This document shows positions 11,952-22,019 of a stretch of 64,000 nt of DNA, piece by piece. Positions within the stretch are counted from its first letter, which is position 1, and each line of letters starts with the position of its first letter. Under the pieces are notes generated by a model, which did not search any database, was not told the DNA's origin, and worked only from the letters and a program-made list of their open reading frames with translations. The DNA comes from Prorocentrum cordatum. Lineage: Eukaryota. The DNA is taken from positions 1,674,001 to 1,738,000 of the forward strand of contig CAUYUJ010000002.1 of NCBI GenBank assembly GCA_963575745.1, read 5' to 3'. Position numbers and translations under genes: made by a program.

Positions 11952-14900
11952 ATGACGACGCGAGACGGCAAGGAGAAAGAGTCCCCAGCCGAGGCTCCAG
12001 CGAGCCCAGCCGCAGGGGACACGCTGGCAGCGGTCACACCGGCGCAGCTGAAAGAGATGATCGTGGGAGTAGTCCGCGAGACTATGGGAGCAGCATCATC
12101 GTCTCAGACGCCGGTGGCCGCGGCCACGACAGCAGCAGAAGATCCCTGGTTGCACGGCTGGGCCGACAGCAGTGCCAAGGGAGATCGCCAGGAGGACCCG
12201 TGGAACTGGTCCGACGCTGCCGGCTGGCGCTGGGGAGGCGCTGAACGGCAGCAGGGGGGCGATCAGGGCGACAGCACGAACCAGGCCTGGGAGCACTGGA
12301 CCGGCAGCAGCAGGGGCCATTTTGGCACCAGTGCCGGCGACTGGTGGGGATGGGCCGCCAGTGGCGGCAAAGGCGACTACTCTGATCCGCCGCCTTGGCC
12401 TGGTTTCGGACACTATCGACAGTGGAGCCGTGCTATCCGCAGATGGAATCAGAATACCGACGTAGCGATATGGCGCAGGGCTGAAAAATTGTTCAAGCTC
12501 TTCGACTGGAACCTCCAGGCCAAGTTCGAGGATATACCCGAGAGTACGCTCAACAGCGCCTCGTGGCTGGAGGTCATCCTGCGCCGCATGGACACCATGG
12601 CAGGAGAGCGTGAGGGCGACGACCTACGACGTGCCGGGCGCCGAGCTCTATATGAAGCAGCACGTGAGCCTCGAGAGACGCTGGTTCAGTATGTGATCCG
12701 CCGTGAGGCGCAGCTGACCGAGGCAGATGGGCACGACATGTGGTTTAGCCCAAAGTTGAAGGGATTGCTTCTAGAGGAAGGCGCCGGATTGTCTGCTCAG
12801 GGTCAGCAAAATCTCAGAACCCTGACTCACGGACGCCTGGACTACGATAGCGTGTCCTGGGCCCTCAGGCAGATGGACGCAACCAGTTCTGAGAGGCTTC
12901 TTCCAGGCCGTTCTACAGGCACACTGTTAGCAGGTCCCGCGGCCGAAGAGCCCGGCGACGACGAGCGTGCCACAGCAGCCTCTCAGCGTCCCTCCTCCAC
13001 TCCCTCGTTCCCCGCTGGTAGGTTCGAAGGTGGTGAGGAGACAGGCGACGGCTCCACGGACCAGGAGGAGGTTGACGACGACTTCGAGGACGAAGCTGTC
13101 CTTCTCGAGGAGCTCGAGGATCTCGACCTCTACGAGGATCAGTTGGACGCCGCCCTCGAGGCTTTCGCGGCCCGCCCGGCGGGGCGCTCCTGGAAGGAGA
13201 ACAAGGATCTCAAGCGCGCTGCCAAGCGCGACCGAGAATACTACGGAGGACGACGCCCAGCAGCCGGACCACGAGGAGCTACCGACAAACCCAAGGTGGA
13301 GCGCCCGTCTCCACCGTCCAAGGGTGCAGGTCGAGGCGACGGCCGTCGAGGAGATCGGTTCAGGCGCAGACCCACGCTCACCCTGGAGCAGAAGATGAAG
13401 GTGACCCGCTGTAGGACGTGCAACCAAAAGGGCCACTGGAGTCGGGAGTGCCCGAAGAACGCCGGAGCAGACCGACGCATGGCTGCATATGCATTCAACG
13501 GCATGGCATCGACCGACAAGGTGCTCAGTCCGGAGGCGATGGAGATCTGGAGGACCGTTCATCGGGAGATCAAGGAGGATGACACCTTCCTGGTATCGCT
13601 TCCGTGCCAAGGGCTGGTAGACCCTGGGGCAGGGAGTGATCTCGTCGGCGTCCAGGCTCTGAATCGAGAATCACAAGCACTAGCAGAGCACGGTCTCAGA
13701 TATGTTGAAGTTCCGGCCGAGCATAGACGACATGTCGCCGCCCACGGCGTTGGTGGGCCGGCCGAGGTAGTAGCCAGCATTATCTTTCCACTCTGTCTTT
13801 TCGGAGTTCTCGGAATAATCGGGACAGCAGTGCTAGCCGATGATGTCCCCCACATCATCAGCGTCAATCTTCTAGACTTCTTGGGCTGTGTTCTGGACCT
13901 ACCCGAGAATACGCTGGCGTCCAGTAGGCTCGGAGAGACGACGAAGCTCACGAAGCTAGGATCAGGCCATAGAATGGCCGACATCGTGGGGACCCTTCGG
14001 CCAGGAGCCTCTGCGCCAGCCGGAGCGCTTCAGAGGTGGCCGTTCCTCGCAGCCAATTCGTTCGAATATTCTGGCGGCCCGGTGCAGCGCATGTCAGACA
14101 CGGGTGTCGTGGGGCACTACATCTATCTCATCATCTCATGTGCCCTTGGTCTGAGTATCGCGTTAAGAAGAACCCGCTCCCATAGAAGGGGCCCCTGGAA
14201 CTCCGATTTCAAGGCCCACCTCAAGGACCCAGAGGCCCAGCAGACCACAGATCACGAGGACCCCGAAGACCTCCAGGGGGACGCTTGCGAGGAGTACACA
14301 AGGATAGCCGACACGGAGAACGTCCTCGGCTTCACAGGCCACTTAAGGATATACTCGACGGAGTTCGAGAGCAGTTGCGAGGACCTCTCGAGGACAGAGC
14401 AGTGCCAGGGTCAGTCCCGGGCTCAGCAGGGCCTAGCAGAACCAAATCGGGGCTTAGCGGGGTTCCGTCACACTAAGGTGATCCGGAGGGAGCTCGTCAA
14501 GGCTGAGGCCATAACTCGGACCCTGTCGAGAAACAGGATGTCACTCCATAGAAGCCGTATTCCTCAATGGGTCACGGCTCTTGCCTCCGTAGCCTTTCTC
14601 GGCTCGAAGCTTTCCGGCATCGACCGCCCCGAGAGTATCGGTTCTCTTTCCAGTCAAGATCAGAGACAGGACAATGCCTCTAGTCCTGGTGACGCTGATG
14701 TTTCTCAGCACCGCGGGCGTGGTCCACGGAGGACCAAAGAAAGCTCCACCCGACCTCCCGTCAAAGGAGGAACGGGCCCGCCAGCTCCGAGAGCAGATTC
14801 GTCGGGTCCAGCAAGAATACGAGGAGCTGACCAACGGGATGGAGAACGAGACGGGAGCGTATCCGCCGGAGACGGGAGCAGCCGCAGTCTCGAACCACTG

Positions 14901-17900
14901 GGTCGGCACCAGCAGCGGCAGCAGCTCGGGCGCAGCCCCAGCAGCGCCAGGGGCAGCAGCCGCGAGTTCAGGAGGTTGCGGACGGCCGAGCTGGCCTCAG
15001 CAGCATCCGCAGATACAGAAGCCCATGCCGAAGGCATCGAAGGTTCCCTACAAGCCGCCTCCTCAGTGCGACCATCCCGCAGACCGGAGGCAGCCATGCG
15101 GAAATCAGCACGGGCGAGGTTTCAAGTGCGGGCTGTGCGGCTACCGCCTGGAGTGGACGCCTCGGGAGCAGGAGGGCGGTGCTCCAGCCGAACGGCCCGA
15201 GTCGGCGGCTCAGGCAGCCCGTCGGGCCGCTGCCACGGCGGAGAAGACCATCCAGATGCTTCAGGAGAAAGAGGGTTTCGTCGACGGCGCAGCGACCCTC
15301 AACGCCGTGAACGGGATCTCGGCGATGATGACGTCTCTCTCCCACCATCTTCAGAATCTACCCGAGGGACTGCAGCTACTGGCCAACATCCAGCCGGTCG
15401 TCGAGCAGATGCAGCAGCTGGTGGCATCCAATCAGATCGGCAGCAACAGCCAGTTGGAGGAGGGACTCAAGCAGGTGTACCAGTCGGTGGTCCACGTCCA
15501 ACGCATGCTAGGCGTCTTCGAGAATTTCGGGGAATCCATCGACTCGATTGCCGATCAGTTGACCGCGATGCAGCTCGAGACAACGTCGATGCATCAGGCA
15601 GTCGACCACATGCTGAATCTTTTAGTGCAGGTAGCATCTTCTGTCACCGCAATGGCGCATGCGATGAATCAGCACGCAATGGCCAGCTCCAGCAGCGGGA
15701 GCGGCTGGCAGAGTGGAGATCCGTGGACTCCCACGGCACCAGCCTGGACGGCGCCTCTAGCGCAGCCGCCGGCCAAGATGCCGCCTGTCAAGCCGTTCCC
15801 AGCTCAGGCGACGGAGATCTGTTCGATCCCAGAGGGCTCAGAGGAGGAGGACACGACCTCCTCCACTACCACATCGGTCGGCACGTGGGACTTGGTGTAG
15901 ATCAGCCCCCTTGCCATTGCTACTCTCGCCACAGGGCGAGGGATTCCCAGTCACGACGCATGAGCGTCGCCGGCTCTTTTGCTGCCGGCTCTTGCGAAAG
16001 AAAAGAAAGAGAGGAAGGCCCTCCAGAACACCAAGGGGGCCTCGGGAGCTTCCCTGTAGGTTTCCCAGTCTTTCGGGCCGAGTCGAACGGGGCCTACGCC
16101 ACGGCTGGGCGGGGCTCGAAAACCACGGAGGACGGCCTCCTCGAGAGTTGGATTGATGGTGATCAATTTAACGACGATCACGAGTTGGCCTGGGGACCCA
16201 AGGTTCGGAGAGCTCTCGACAAGCAACTCGAGACCCACGGGTGCCAGTCCTCGGGAGCTTTCAGCGCGAGGCAGGCCACCAAGGCCAAGACCTCGTTCAT
16301 GGAGGTCTTCTCTCCCCCTCGTATAGCCCCCGAGGTGGAGAAGAGAGGGGGACGTCTGGGTTCGAGTGCGAGTTTCGACAGGCTGATGGGATGGGACTCG
16401 GGGATCAAAGAACACGTTCGGCACCTCTGGAGGGAAATCAAGAAGAACGATCCCGAAACGATATGGCTTAGCTCTGAGTGCAAGGTCTTTTCCGCGATCA
16501 ACAGGATCAATCGAGATCGCCGCGATCCCCAAAGGTGGCACCAGCAAGTCCTCGAGGGTCTCAGAGATCTCACGTTGTGCATCGAAATTGCTAAATATCA
16601 ACACTCGAGAGGCAGGTTCTTTGTGTTTGAACATCCCCTGTACGCCAGCTCGTGGCACACTGAGGTCGTCCAGCTGATATCCTCTCTCCCCTCTGTCAGA
16701 CGACTAAGGGTAGATATGTGCGCTTTTGAGCTACGAGTGGACGACCGTGGCCTCAACAAGAAGCCCGCCGGTCTGCTGACTAACCATCCTAGGATATTGT
16801 CTTTGTTGGACGGGAAGCTGTGCACAGGGGGCCATAGACACGCCATTCTTGAGGGAAGCCGTCAGACCTCCAGGGCTGCCATTTACTCAAGTAAATTTGT
16901 GAGGACTGCCGCGAGAGCCATTGTTGAGCACTGGAGCGGGTCTGACGACAAGGTCAGGCCTACGTGGGCCCAGCTGGTCGACGAAAGCTTTCCCACGAAA
17001 ATGGCAGGAGAAGGTCTGGGAACCATCCCTGAGGAAGAGGAAGTCGGAGGAAGTGAAGCGAGCGATGGTGACGAACCCGAGACCAGGCCCCAGCAAAACT
17101 CCAAGAGTGCCGAGATCCCAGACGAAGAACCCAACGAGGATGAAAAGAGACTCCTGTATAAGATTCATGTGAACATGGGGCATCCCGACTCACGCAAATT
17201 TTGTCGGGTGCTCAGGGCTGGGGGAGTCGGAGCTCATTTAATCCGGTGGGTCCGCCATAAGTTTCAGTGTTCCGAGTGTGAAGAGAGGAGCAAGCAGGGC
17301 ACGCACCGACGGGTCGCGCTGCCTCGCACTTTTCGTTTCAACCACATAGTTGGTGTGGATCTCTTTTATTTGGAGTTCCTGCGCCAAGCGGTTCCTTTTC
17401 TTAATGTTGTCGACCACGGGTCGAACCTTCAGGTCTGCACCCGCGTGGCGGACGCCAGAGCGGCCACGGTGTGGTCGGGGTTTGTGCAGTCCTGGATTAG
17501 ACCCCTCGGTGCTCCCCACCTTCTCATCTCGGATGGAGGCTCCGAGTTTGGGGGTCGTTTCGCCAGAGGACTGGAGCACTGGGGGGTCAAGCACCATGTG
17601 TGTGACGCTGATTCTCCGTGGCAAAACGGGAGAGTCGAGCGCCACGGGGGATGGATAAAAGAACGTGCGCGCCAGGAAATTGACTCGGGTCCTGGGGCCC
17701 CGGTGTCGTTGGAGGAGCTGGATATCCTCGTGTACGAGCTGACTGCTCACAAAAACAGATTTTGGCACAGAGGGGGCTTCTCCCCGTTGCAGTTGGTCTT
17801 TGGGGAAAATCCCAGACTCCCACACGAGTTGCTCTCTGACGACGCTTCTGGTCTCCCGGGCTGGCAGGACCTGACTCGCAATCCAACAGAGCTGGACGAG

Positions 17901-20150
17901 GCTGGCGCTGAGTTCTGCCGGGCTCAGGAAATCAGAGCGGCGGCCAGAAGGCTCGCTATGGAAGCCGCGGCCAGAGAAAAGATCAGCAAGGCTTCCCGCG
18001 CCAGGAACCCCAACCCCAGGAGCTACGCACCTGGCCAGTGGGTGTACGTTTGGCGCCACATGGCGAGAGCCACGTCCCGGGCCGACAGTCTCGGAAGACG
18101 TCGAGACGGCTGGTGTGGTCCTGGGGTGGTGGTCCTGGCCGAGGGCGGAACCGTGTGGGTGGCCGTCCGGGCCCGGCTGTGGAAATGCTCGGCGGAACAG
18201 ATCCGCCTCGCCAGCCCAGAAGAAGAGTACGGTATACAGCTTGCCCAATCCCCGCAGTGGCAAGAACTGATGCGTCAGGCCCACACTCGGAGGGCCACGG
18301 CCGTCGATGTCCAGAGAGAAGGACCTCCTCCCGAAGACGCTTGGGACGATGCCATTCGGAGAGAGTTGGATTCGGGCCCTCAGCTCCCCGGGGCACCATG
18401 TCCTCCCGTTCGAGAGGAAGTCCCTGCTCCAGAGACGCGACGTACCGACGGAACGCCCGATACCTCCGGTCTCCCTCCGACTCCCGGAGTGATCCTCCGA
18501 CGCAGCCCCAGAGAGGCTCCGTCAGAGAATGGATCCATGGAGGCGCAGGCGGGATCAGAGGTGACGAGGGTCCCGTCAACCGGAGGGCCCGAGGAAAGCT
18601 CAGGCAGATCGTCTCCCCACGGAGGCAGCGCACCTGGGCATGAAGTGAGGAGTGAAGAGGCTGAACCTACCCACACCCCTGTTCTCGCTCCCTCTGAGTC
18701 TCCCGACATTCCCCTTGACGAGGGGCGAGAAATCGAGGATCCTGAGAGAGATCACCCGGAGTCACGGCTGGAATCGCCTCAGGAACACGCGCGAGGGCCC
18801 GTCACCCAGGTTCCGAGACCGAGAAGACTCACCCAGCCCCAGGACGTTCCCGCTTGCATTTTAAGATCTCGCAGCGGCAGAGCTGCCAGCGAGCCTCCCG
18901 ACAAAAGGGTGAGGATCGAACCGCCCCCTGGCCTCTCGGAACCATCCACTCCTCGTCCCGCTGATCCTTCCTCCTCCTCCTCCTCCGCCGCCAGAGTTCA
19001 GGAGATTCAGGGCGGCACCGAGCCACGCCGAAGTGTGAGTGAGATAGTCAAGGCTCTGGAAGCAGGACGTCGACCAGAACGTTCGAGGTCTCCGCCCAGA
19101 GAGCCAGAGAGGAGAGAGGAGCAGGAGGAGGAGGATTTCTTTTTGGTACCGGCTGGCGAGGCCGGGTCTGGTCTCCAGGCCAGGGCCAGGGAGCAGCTTG
19201 GAGAGACCTATGCTGCCAGTAGAGGAGGAGAGGTCTCGTTTAAAAACCTCACTCCGGCCGAACGGGCCAAGTTTCAGGCATCAGACGATAAGGAGTGGAA
19301 GTCCATGGTCGAGTCGGGAGCTGTGGAGGTCCTGGGGCCGAAGGAGGCGGAAGTCGCGCGGAAGGAATGTCCGGACCGGATCATCTCTAGCAGGATGGTT
19401 CGCAGGTGGAAGCCGGTAGAAGGTACTTTCAAAGAACCCGAAGCAAAGTCCCGTTGGTGCGTACACGGCCACAAGGATCCCGACGCCGGATCTCTGCAGG
19501 TGTATTCCCCGACACCACAAACGTCAAGCATCACCTTGTTCGTGCAGGTTCTCATGAACCTTGGCATGAGGGCCGATATCGCCGACGTGAAAAATGCTTT
19601 TTGCCAATCCGACAAGGTGGGGAGGTCCCAGGGAGAGATCTTCGTTGAACCGTGTGATGGCGTCCACCTTCCGGCAGGCTCCATCATGCGCCTCAAGGTT
19701 AACGTGCACGGCCTCGACGATGCCCCAGTAGCATGGAGACGAACTGTCGTGTCATTTCTAGAACAACAAGGGTTTTCTCGGACACTACTGGAACCGTGCT
19801 GGTGGTGTCGTTATGGATCGAAAGGGGAGTTGCTAAATATGATCCTGCTGGAGGTCGATGACTTCTTCATTGGGAGCCTCACGGAAGAGAGTCGGAAGTG
19901 GTTTCGAGAGCACCTTGAATCAAGATTCCGTTTCGGAAAATACAGGGACTGTCACGCAGGGCCAGTTGACTACGCTGGCAGACGGGTGACTATAGGCCCG
20001 AACCGGGCCACTATCGACATGGAAAAATACATTCTGGAAGAACTTCGGCCCATCTCTCTTGCCAAAGGCAGGCTTGCTGCCTGGGACACTCCTTTGGAGG
20101 ACAGCGTGTTCAAGGCACTACGCTTTCTGGTTGTCAGTTTAACTGGATAG
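11952..20150 (+). CDS. Element A gag-pol polyprotein (Gag, CCHC knuckle, aspartic protease, C5-DNMT-like domain, integrase, reverse transcriptase)
   Basis: Zinc knuckle CRTCNQKGHWSREC (~13410); protease LVDPGAG (~13620); DNMT-like MEVFSPPR/LSSECKVFS/FEHP/VDMC (~16296-16925); integrase HVNMGH..CSEC, VDLF, SDGGSEF, SPWQNGRVER (~17165-17830); RT KSRWCVHG, DVKNAFCQ, HGLDDAP, LEVDD. The first ATG is at 11952. Confidence 0.93.
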   Translation: MTTRDGKEKESPAEAPASPAAGDTLAAVTPAQLKEMIVGVVRETMGAASSSQTPVAAATTAAEDPWLHGWADSSAKGDRQEDPWNWSDAAGWRWGGAERQQGGDQGDSTNQAWEHWTGSSRGHFGTSAGDWWGWAASGGKGDYSDPPPWPGFGHYRQWSRAIRRWNQNTDVAIWRRAEKLFKLFDWNLQAKFEDIPESTLNSASWLEVILRRMDTMAGEREGDDLRRAGRRALYEAAREPRETLVQYVIRREAQLTEADGHDMWFSPKLKGLLLEEGAGLSAQGQQNLRTLTHGRLDYDSVSWALRQMDATSSERLLPGRSTGTLLAGPAAEEPGDDERATAASQRPSSTPSFPAGRFEGGEETGDGSTDQEEVDDDFEDEAVLLEELEDLDLYEDQLDAALEAFAARPAGRSWKENKDLKRAAKRDREYYGGRRPAAGPRGATDKPKVERPSPPSKGAGRGDGRRGDRFRRRPTLTLEQKMKVTRCRTCNQKGHWSRECPKNAGADRRMAAYAFNGMASTDKVLSPEAMEIWRTVHREIKEDDTFLVSLPCQGLVDPGAGSDLVGVQALNRESQALAEHGLRYVEVPAEHRRHVAAHGVGGPAEVVASIIFPLCLFGVLGIIGTAVLADDVPHIISVNLLDFLGCVLDLPENTLASSRLGETTKLTKLGSGHRMADIVGTLRPGASAPAGALQRWPFLAANSFEYSGGPVQRMSDTGVVGHYIYLIISCALGLSIALRRTRSHRRGPWNSDFKAHLKDPEAQQTTDHEDPEDLQGDACEEYTRIADTENVLGFTGHLRIYSTEFESSCEDLSRTEQCQGQSRAQQGLAEPNRGLAGFRHTKVIRRELVKAEAITRTLSRNRMSLHRSRIPQWVTALASVAFLGSKLSGIDRPESIGSLSSQDQRQDNASSPGDADVSQHRGRGPRRTKESSTRPPVKGGTGPPAPRADSSGPARIRGADQRDGERDGSVSAGDGSSRSLEPLGRHQQRQQLGRSPSSARGSSREFRRLRTAELASAASADTEAHAEGIEGSLQAASSVRPSRRPEAAMRKSARARFQVRAVRLPPGVDASGAGGRCSSRTARVGGSGSPSGRCHGGEDHPDASGERGFRRRRSDPQRRERDLGDDDVSLPPSSESTRGTAATGQHPAGRRADAAAGGIQSDRQQQPVGGGTQAGVPVGGPRPTHARRLREFRGIHRLDCRSVDRDAARDNVDASGSRPHAESFSAGSIFCHRNGACDESARNGQLQQRERLAEWRSVDSHGTSLDGASSAAAGQDAACQAVPSSGDGDLFDPRGLRGGGHDLLHYHIGRHVGLGVDQPPCHCYSRHRARDSQSRRMSVAGSFAAGSCERKEREEGPPEHQGGLGSFPVGFPVFRAESNGAYATAGRGSKTTEDGLLESWIDGDQFNDDHELAWGPKVRRALDKQLETHGCQSSGAFSARQATKAKTSFMEVFSPPRIAPEVEKRGGRLGSSASFDRLMGWDSGIKEHVRHLWREIKKNDPETIWLSSECKVFSAINRINRDRRDPQRWHQQVLEGLRDLTLCIEIAKYQHSRGRFFVFEHPLYASSWHTEVVQLISSLPSVRRLRVDMCAFELRVDDRGLNKKPAGLLTNHPRILSLLDGKLCTGGHRHAILEGSRQTSRAAIYSSKFVRTAARAIVEHWSGSDDKVRPTWAQLVDESFPTKMAGEGLGTIPEEEEVGGSEASDGDEPETRPQQNSKSAEIPDEEPNEDEKRLLYKIHVNMGHPDSRKFCRVLRAGGVGAHLIRWVRHKFQCSECEERSKQGTHRRVALPRTFRFNHIVGVDLFYLEFLRQAVPFLNVVDHGSNLQVCTRVADARAATVWSGFVQSWIRPLGAPHLLISDGGSEFGGRFARGLEHWGVKHHVCDADSPWQNGRVERHGGWIKERARQEIDSGPGAPVSLEELDILVYELTAHKNRFWHRGGFSPLQLVFGENPRLPHELLSDDASGLPGWQDLTRNPTELDEAGAEFCRAQEIRAAARRLAMEAAAREKISKASRARNPNPRSYAPGQWVYVWRHMARATSRADSLGRRRDGWCGPGVVVLAEGGTVWVAVRARLWKCSAEQIRLASPEEEYGIQLAQSPQWQELMRQAHTRRATAVDVQREGPPPEDAWDDAIRRELDSGPQLPGAPCPPVREEVPAPETRRTDGTPDTSGLPPTPGVILRRSPREAPSENGSMEAQAGSEVTRVPSTGGPEESSGRSSPHGGSAPGHEVRSEEAEPTHTPVLAPSESPDIPLDEGREIEDPERDHPESRLESPQEHARGPVTQVPRPRRLTQPQDVPACILRSRSGRAASEPPDKRVRIEPPPGLSEPSTPRPADPSSSSSSAARVQEIQGGTEPRRSVSEIVKALEAGRRPERSRSPPREPERREEQEEEDFFLVPAGEAGSGLQARAREQLGETYAASRGGEVSFKNLTPAERAKFQASDDKEWKSMVESGAVEVLGPKEAEVARKECPDRIISSRMVRRWKPVEGTFKEPEAKSRWCVHGHKDPDAGSLQVYSPTPQTSSITLFVQVLMNLGMRADIADVKNAFCQSDKVGRSQGEIFVEPCDGVHLPAGSIMRLKVNVHGLDDAPVAWRRTVVSFLEQQGFSRTLLEPCWWCRYGSKGELLNMILLEVDDFFIGSLTEESRKWFREHLESRFRFGKYRDCHAGPVDYAGRRVTIGPNRATIDMEKYILEELRPISLAKGRLAAWDTPLEDSVFKALRFLVVSLTG
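14674..15900 (+). CDS. Overprinted +1-frame ORF, 408 aa (hydrophobic N-terminus, Cys/His cluster, long coiled coil)
   Basis: Stop-free ATG-to-TAG ORF inside the polyprotein ORF, containing CDH..C.N.HG..F.C..C and heptad-like helices. The polyprotein frame over the same interval is R/G/S-rich and disorder-like. Confidence 0.65.
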   Translation: MPLVLVTLMFLSTAGVVHGGPKKAPPDLPSKEERARQLREQIRRVQQEYEELTNGMENETGAYPPETGAAAVSNHWVGTSSGSSSGAAPAAPGAAAASSGGCGRPSWPQQHPQIQKPMPKASKVPYKPPPQCDHPADRRQPCGNQHGRGFKCGLCGYRLEWTPREQEGGAPAERPESAAQAARRAAATAEKTIQMLQEKEGFVDGAATLNAVNGISAMMTSLSHHLQNLPEGLQLLANIQPVVEQMQQLVASNQIGSNSQLEEGLKQVYQSVVHVQRMLGVFENFGESIDSIADQLTAMQLETTSMHQAVDHMLNLLVQVASSVTAMAHAMNQHAMASSSSGSGWQSGDPWTPTAPAWTAPLAQPPAKMPPVKPFPAQATEICSIPEGSEEEDTTSSTTTSVGTWDLV

Positions 20151-21196
20151 GACGGGAAGCTCGTCCAGAGGCTTCAGGACCAGCAAGCATTCTCGCTAGT
20201 CGTCTCAGGGCAGCCACCACGGGAGACATCAGCCTGGCTAACAAGCTTGTCAAGCATCTCAGGGCCACCGCCTCCCGTGGTATCATCGCGTGGAAGCTCA
20301 ATCCAGAACATATGTCCTTCGCCTCGTTCTTAGACGCGGGGGGCATAGGGGGTCCTAGTTTAGACGACGAACGAGGTCTCCCAGAGGATCCCACACAGGG
20401 CGCTTGGATGGTATTGGCCTGCGACAAGAGCATTGCCGAGAATCGTTGCGTCAAGGCGTCAATTCTAGGATGGCGCAGCTCCAAGTTGCGCCGTAAGGTA
20501 CCATCCACTCTGGCTGGCGAGACACAAGCTCTGGCCGCAGCTATTGCTGAGGTAGAATACCTCCAGATACTGTATCGTGATGTGGTTTTCCGAGATGTGA
20601 CTATTCGAGATCAGCACAGATGCTCAGGCCCATTTACCACAGTGCTACGTCGTGAGTGCCGTTTGGGCGCTCGAGAGGGCCAGATTCATATTGTAGACGC
20701 AAAATCTATATACGATACTATGCTCAAGGAGGGTAACGCCAGTGCGAAAGACCGCCGTACGGCGATCGATTTAGCTATCATATGTGAGGCTCTGGAACAG
20801 GCATCAGGACGTATCCGCTGGATACCCCACGGGAGGATGCCTGTAGATGCGCTCACTAAAGACGACGCGACCAAGTGCGATGCTGCACTGTTCGATTTGA
20901 TGACCAGCGGGAGGATAGTATTGGTGGACGAGGGGGTCGAGGTGGACAGGGGGCGGGAGGACCCAGGCCTCAAGAACAGATCCCAGGCGGCCTCCCGGAA
21001 GCTCCTGGACAATCAGTTCGTCAGTGTCACGTATTCCCAGGAGGATCGACCACATCCAGGTCCCGGAGTACGACCAGTCTTCGGTGGTGGTAGTGTGGTT
21101 GGTGGTCTTTCCTCCTCCTCTTCCTTTCCCTCCTGCACTCCTCCCTGTCTGTTTCAGCCGGCCAGTGTCAGCCTCTCTGATTTCAATTTTCAGTGA
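20135..21196 (+). CDS. Element A RT C-terminus + copia RNase H (frameshifted continuation of pol)
   Basis: Adding 1 nt at ~20133 gives LVGQFNWIGREARPEASG..., in frame with FLDAG, SSKLRRKVPSTLAGETQA, VDAKSIYD and WIPHGRMPVDALTK. Confidence 0.88.
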   Translation, partial: QFNWIGREARPEASGPASILASRLRAATTGDISLANKLVKHLRATASRGIIAWKLNPEHMSFASFLDAGGIGGPSLDDERGLPEDPTQGAWMVLACDKSIAENRCVKASILGWRSSKLRRKVPSTLAGETQALAAAIAEVEYLQILYRDVVFRDVTIRDQHRCSGPFTTVLRRECRLGAREGQIHIVDAKSIYDTMLKEGNASAKDRRTAIDLAIICEALEQASGRIRWIPHGRMPVDALTKDDATKCDAALFDLMTSGRIVLVDEGVEVDRGREDPGLKNRSQAASRKLLDNQFVSVTYSQEDRPHPGPGVRPVFGGGSVVGGLSSSSSFPSCTPPCLFQPASVSLSDFNFQ

Positions 21197-21333
21197 TTGA
21201 TCTTTGAGCCATCCGCCCAGAGACAGGCAAGGAGACCTTGATGAATTCAAGCGCTCTCTGTCCCAAGGACAGGTTGTCGGACACAGGTTCGACGATCGGA
21301 ATCCTCATTGTTTCTAGAAGCTGCTGAACCTAC

Positions 21334-21349
21334 AAGAAAGTTTGGGGCA
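21334..21349 (+). promoter_or_regulatory. Element A polypurine tract (imperfect)
   Basis: AAGAAAGTTTGGGGCA lies immediately before the 3' LTR. Confidence 0.65.
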
Positions 21350-21456
21350 TGTGAATGCCATCCAGATTTTAATCCCTAGGTTCAGCGTTTGGAGAGTCCG
21401 ACCGTTTCGCGTTCTGGCTCAAGGGAAAAACATCCCAGGGGCGATCTGCTGCCACA
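21350..21456 (+). repeat. Element A 3' LTR
   Basis: Identical to the 5' LTR and followed by TSD AGAG. Confidence 0.97.
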
Positions 21457-22019
21457 AGAGGATGTCTCAGGCTAAATGCTTGTTTTCACGTCCCGCTCGC
21501 AGGAATTCCGAGGATGTCTCACGCGTGCCGCGTCCCGCGCGCAGGAATTCTTAGGATTTTGACAGGATGTCTCGAGCGAAACGCTTGTCCCCAGCACGTT
21601 CCGTAGCGCGTCCCCTTGGCACGTCCCGCGGTGCGACCCCATGGCACGTCCCCTGGCACGTCGCCTGGCGCATCCCTTGGGACGTTCCGCGGCGCGTCCT
21701 CCTGGCATGTTCTCCTGTCCATTAGCTCTGGGGCAGCCACTAGGTGTTCAGGCAGCTCGAACTTAAGATCTAGATCAGTTCGGTCAGGACTCGGATGCAA
21801 AGGAGGACTCGATCCACGAGGCTATAGAGCACAATCGCGCCATGGCACATCGCAACTCAGCACGGCGCAGCACAGCACAGCCCTCGGCAGGCTACATCAA
21901 GATCGATACACTCAGCATTGCACTTGCCCATCACCCAATCAGGTGTCTTTGAACACGCTGACATGTGTTACAGTTCTGTATTCCTTTCCGGGTTCGTGGG
22001 TCGATCATGTCTGAACCAA

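Larger units (their letters stand above)
11706..21456 (+). mobile_element. Element A: full-length Ty1/copia LTR retrotransposon (9751 bp) with DNMT-like domain
   Basis: Identical 107-bp TG...CA LTRs, AGAG target-site duplication (11702-11705 / 21457-21460), PBS, PPT, and copia domain order PR-IN-RT-RH. Confidence 0.97.

Noticed and set aside
20133..20143. Programmed -1 frameshift at GTTTAAC
   Set aside because: It is not an in-frame X XXY YYZ heptamer, and the lesion falls at an expected Gly inside RT.
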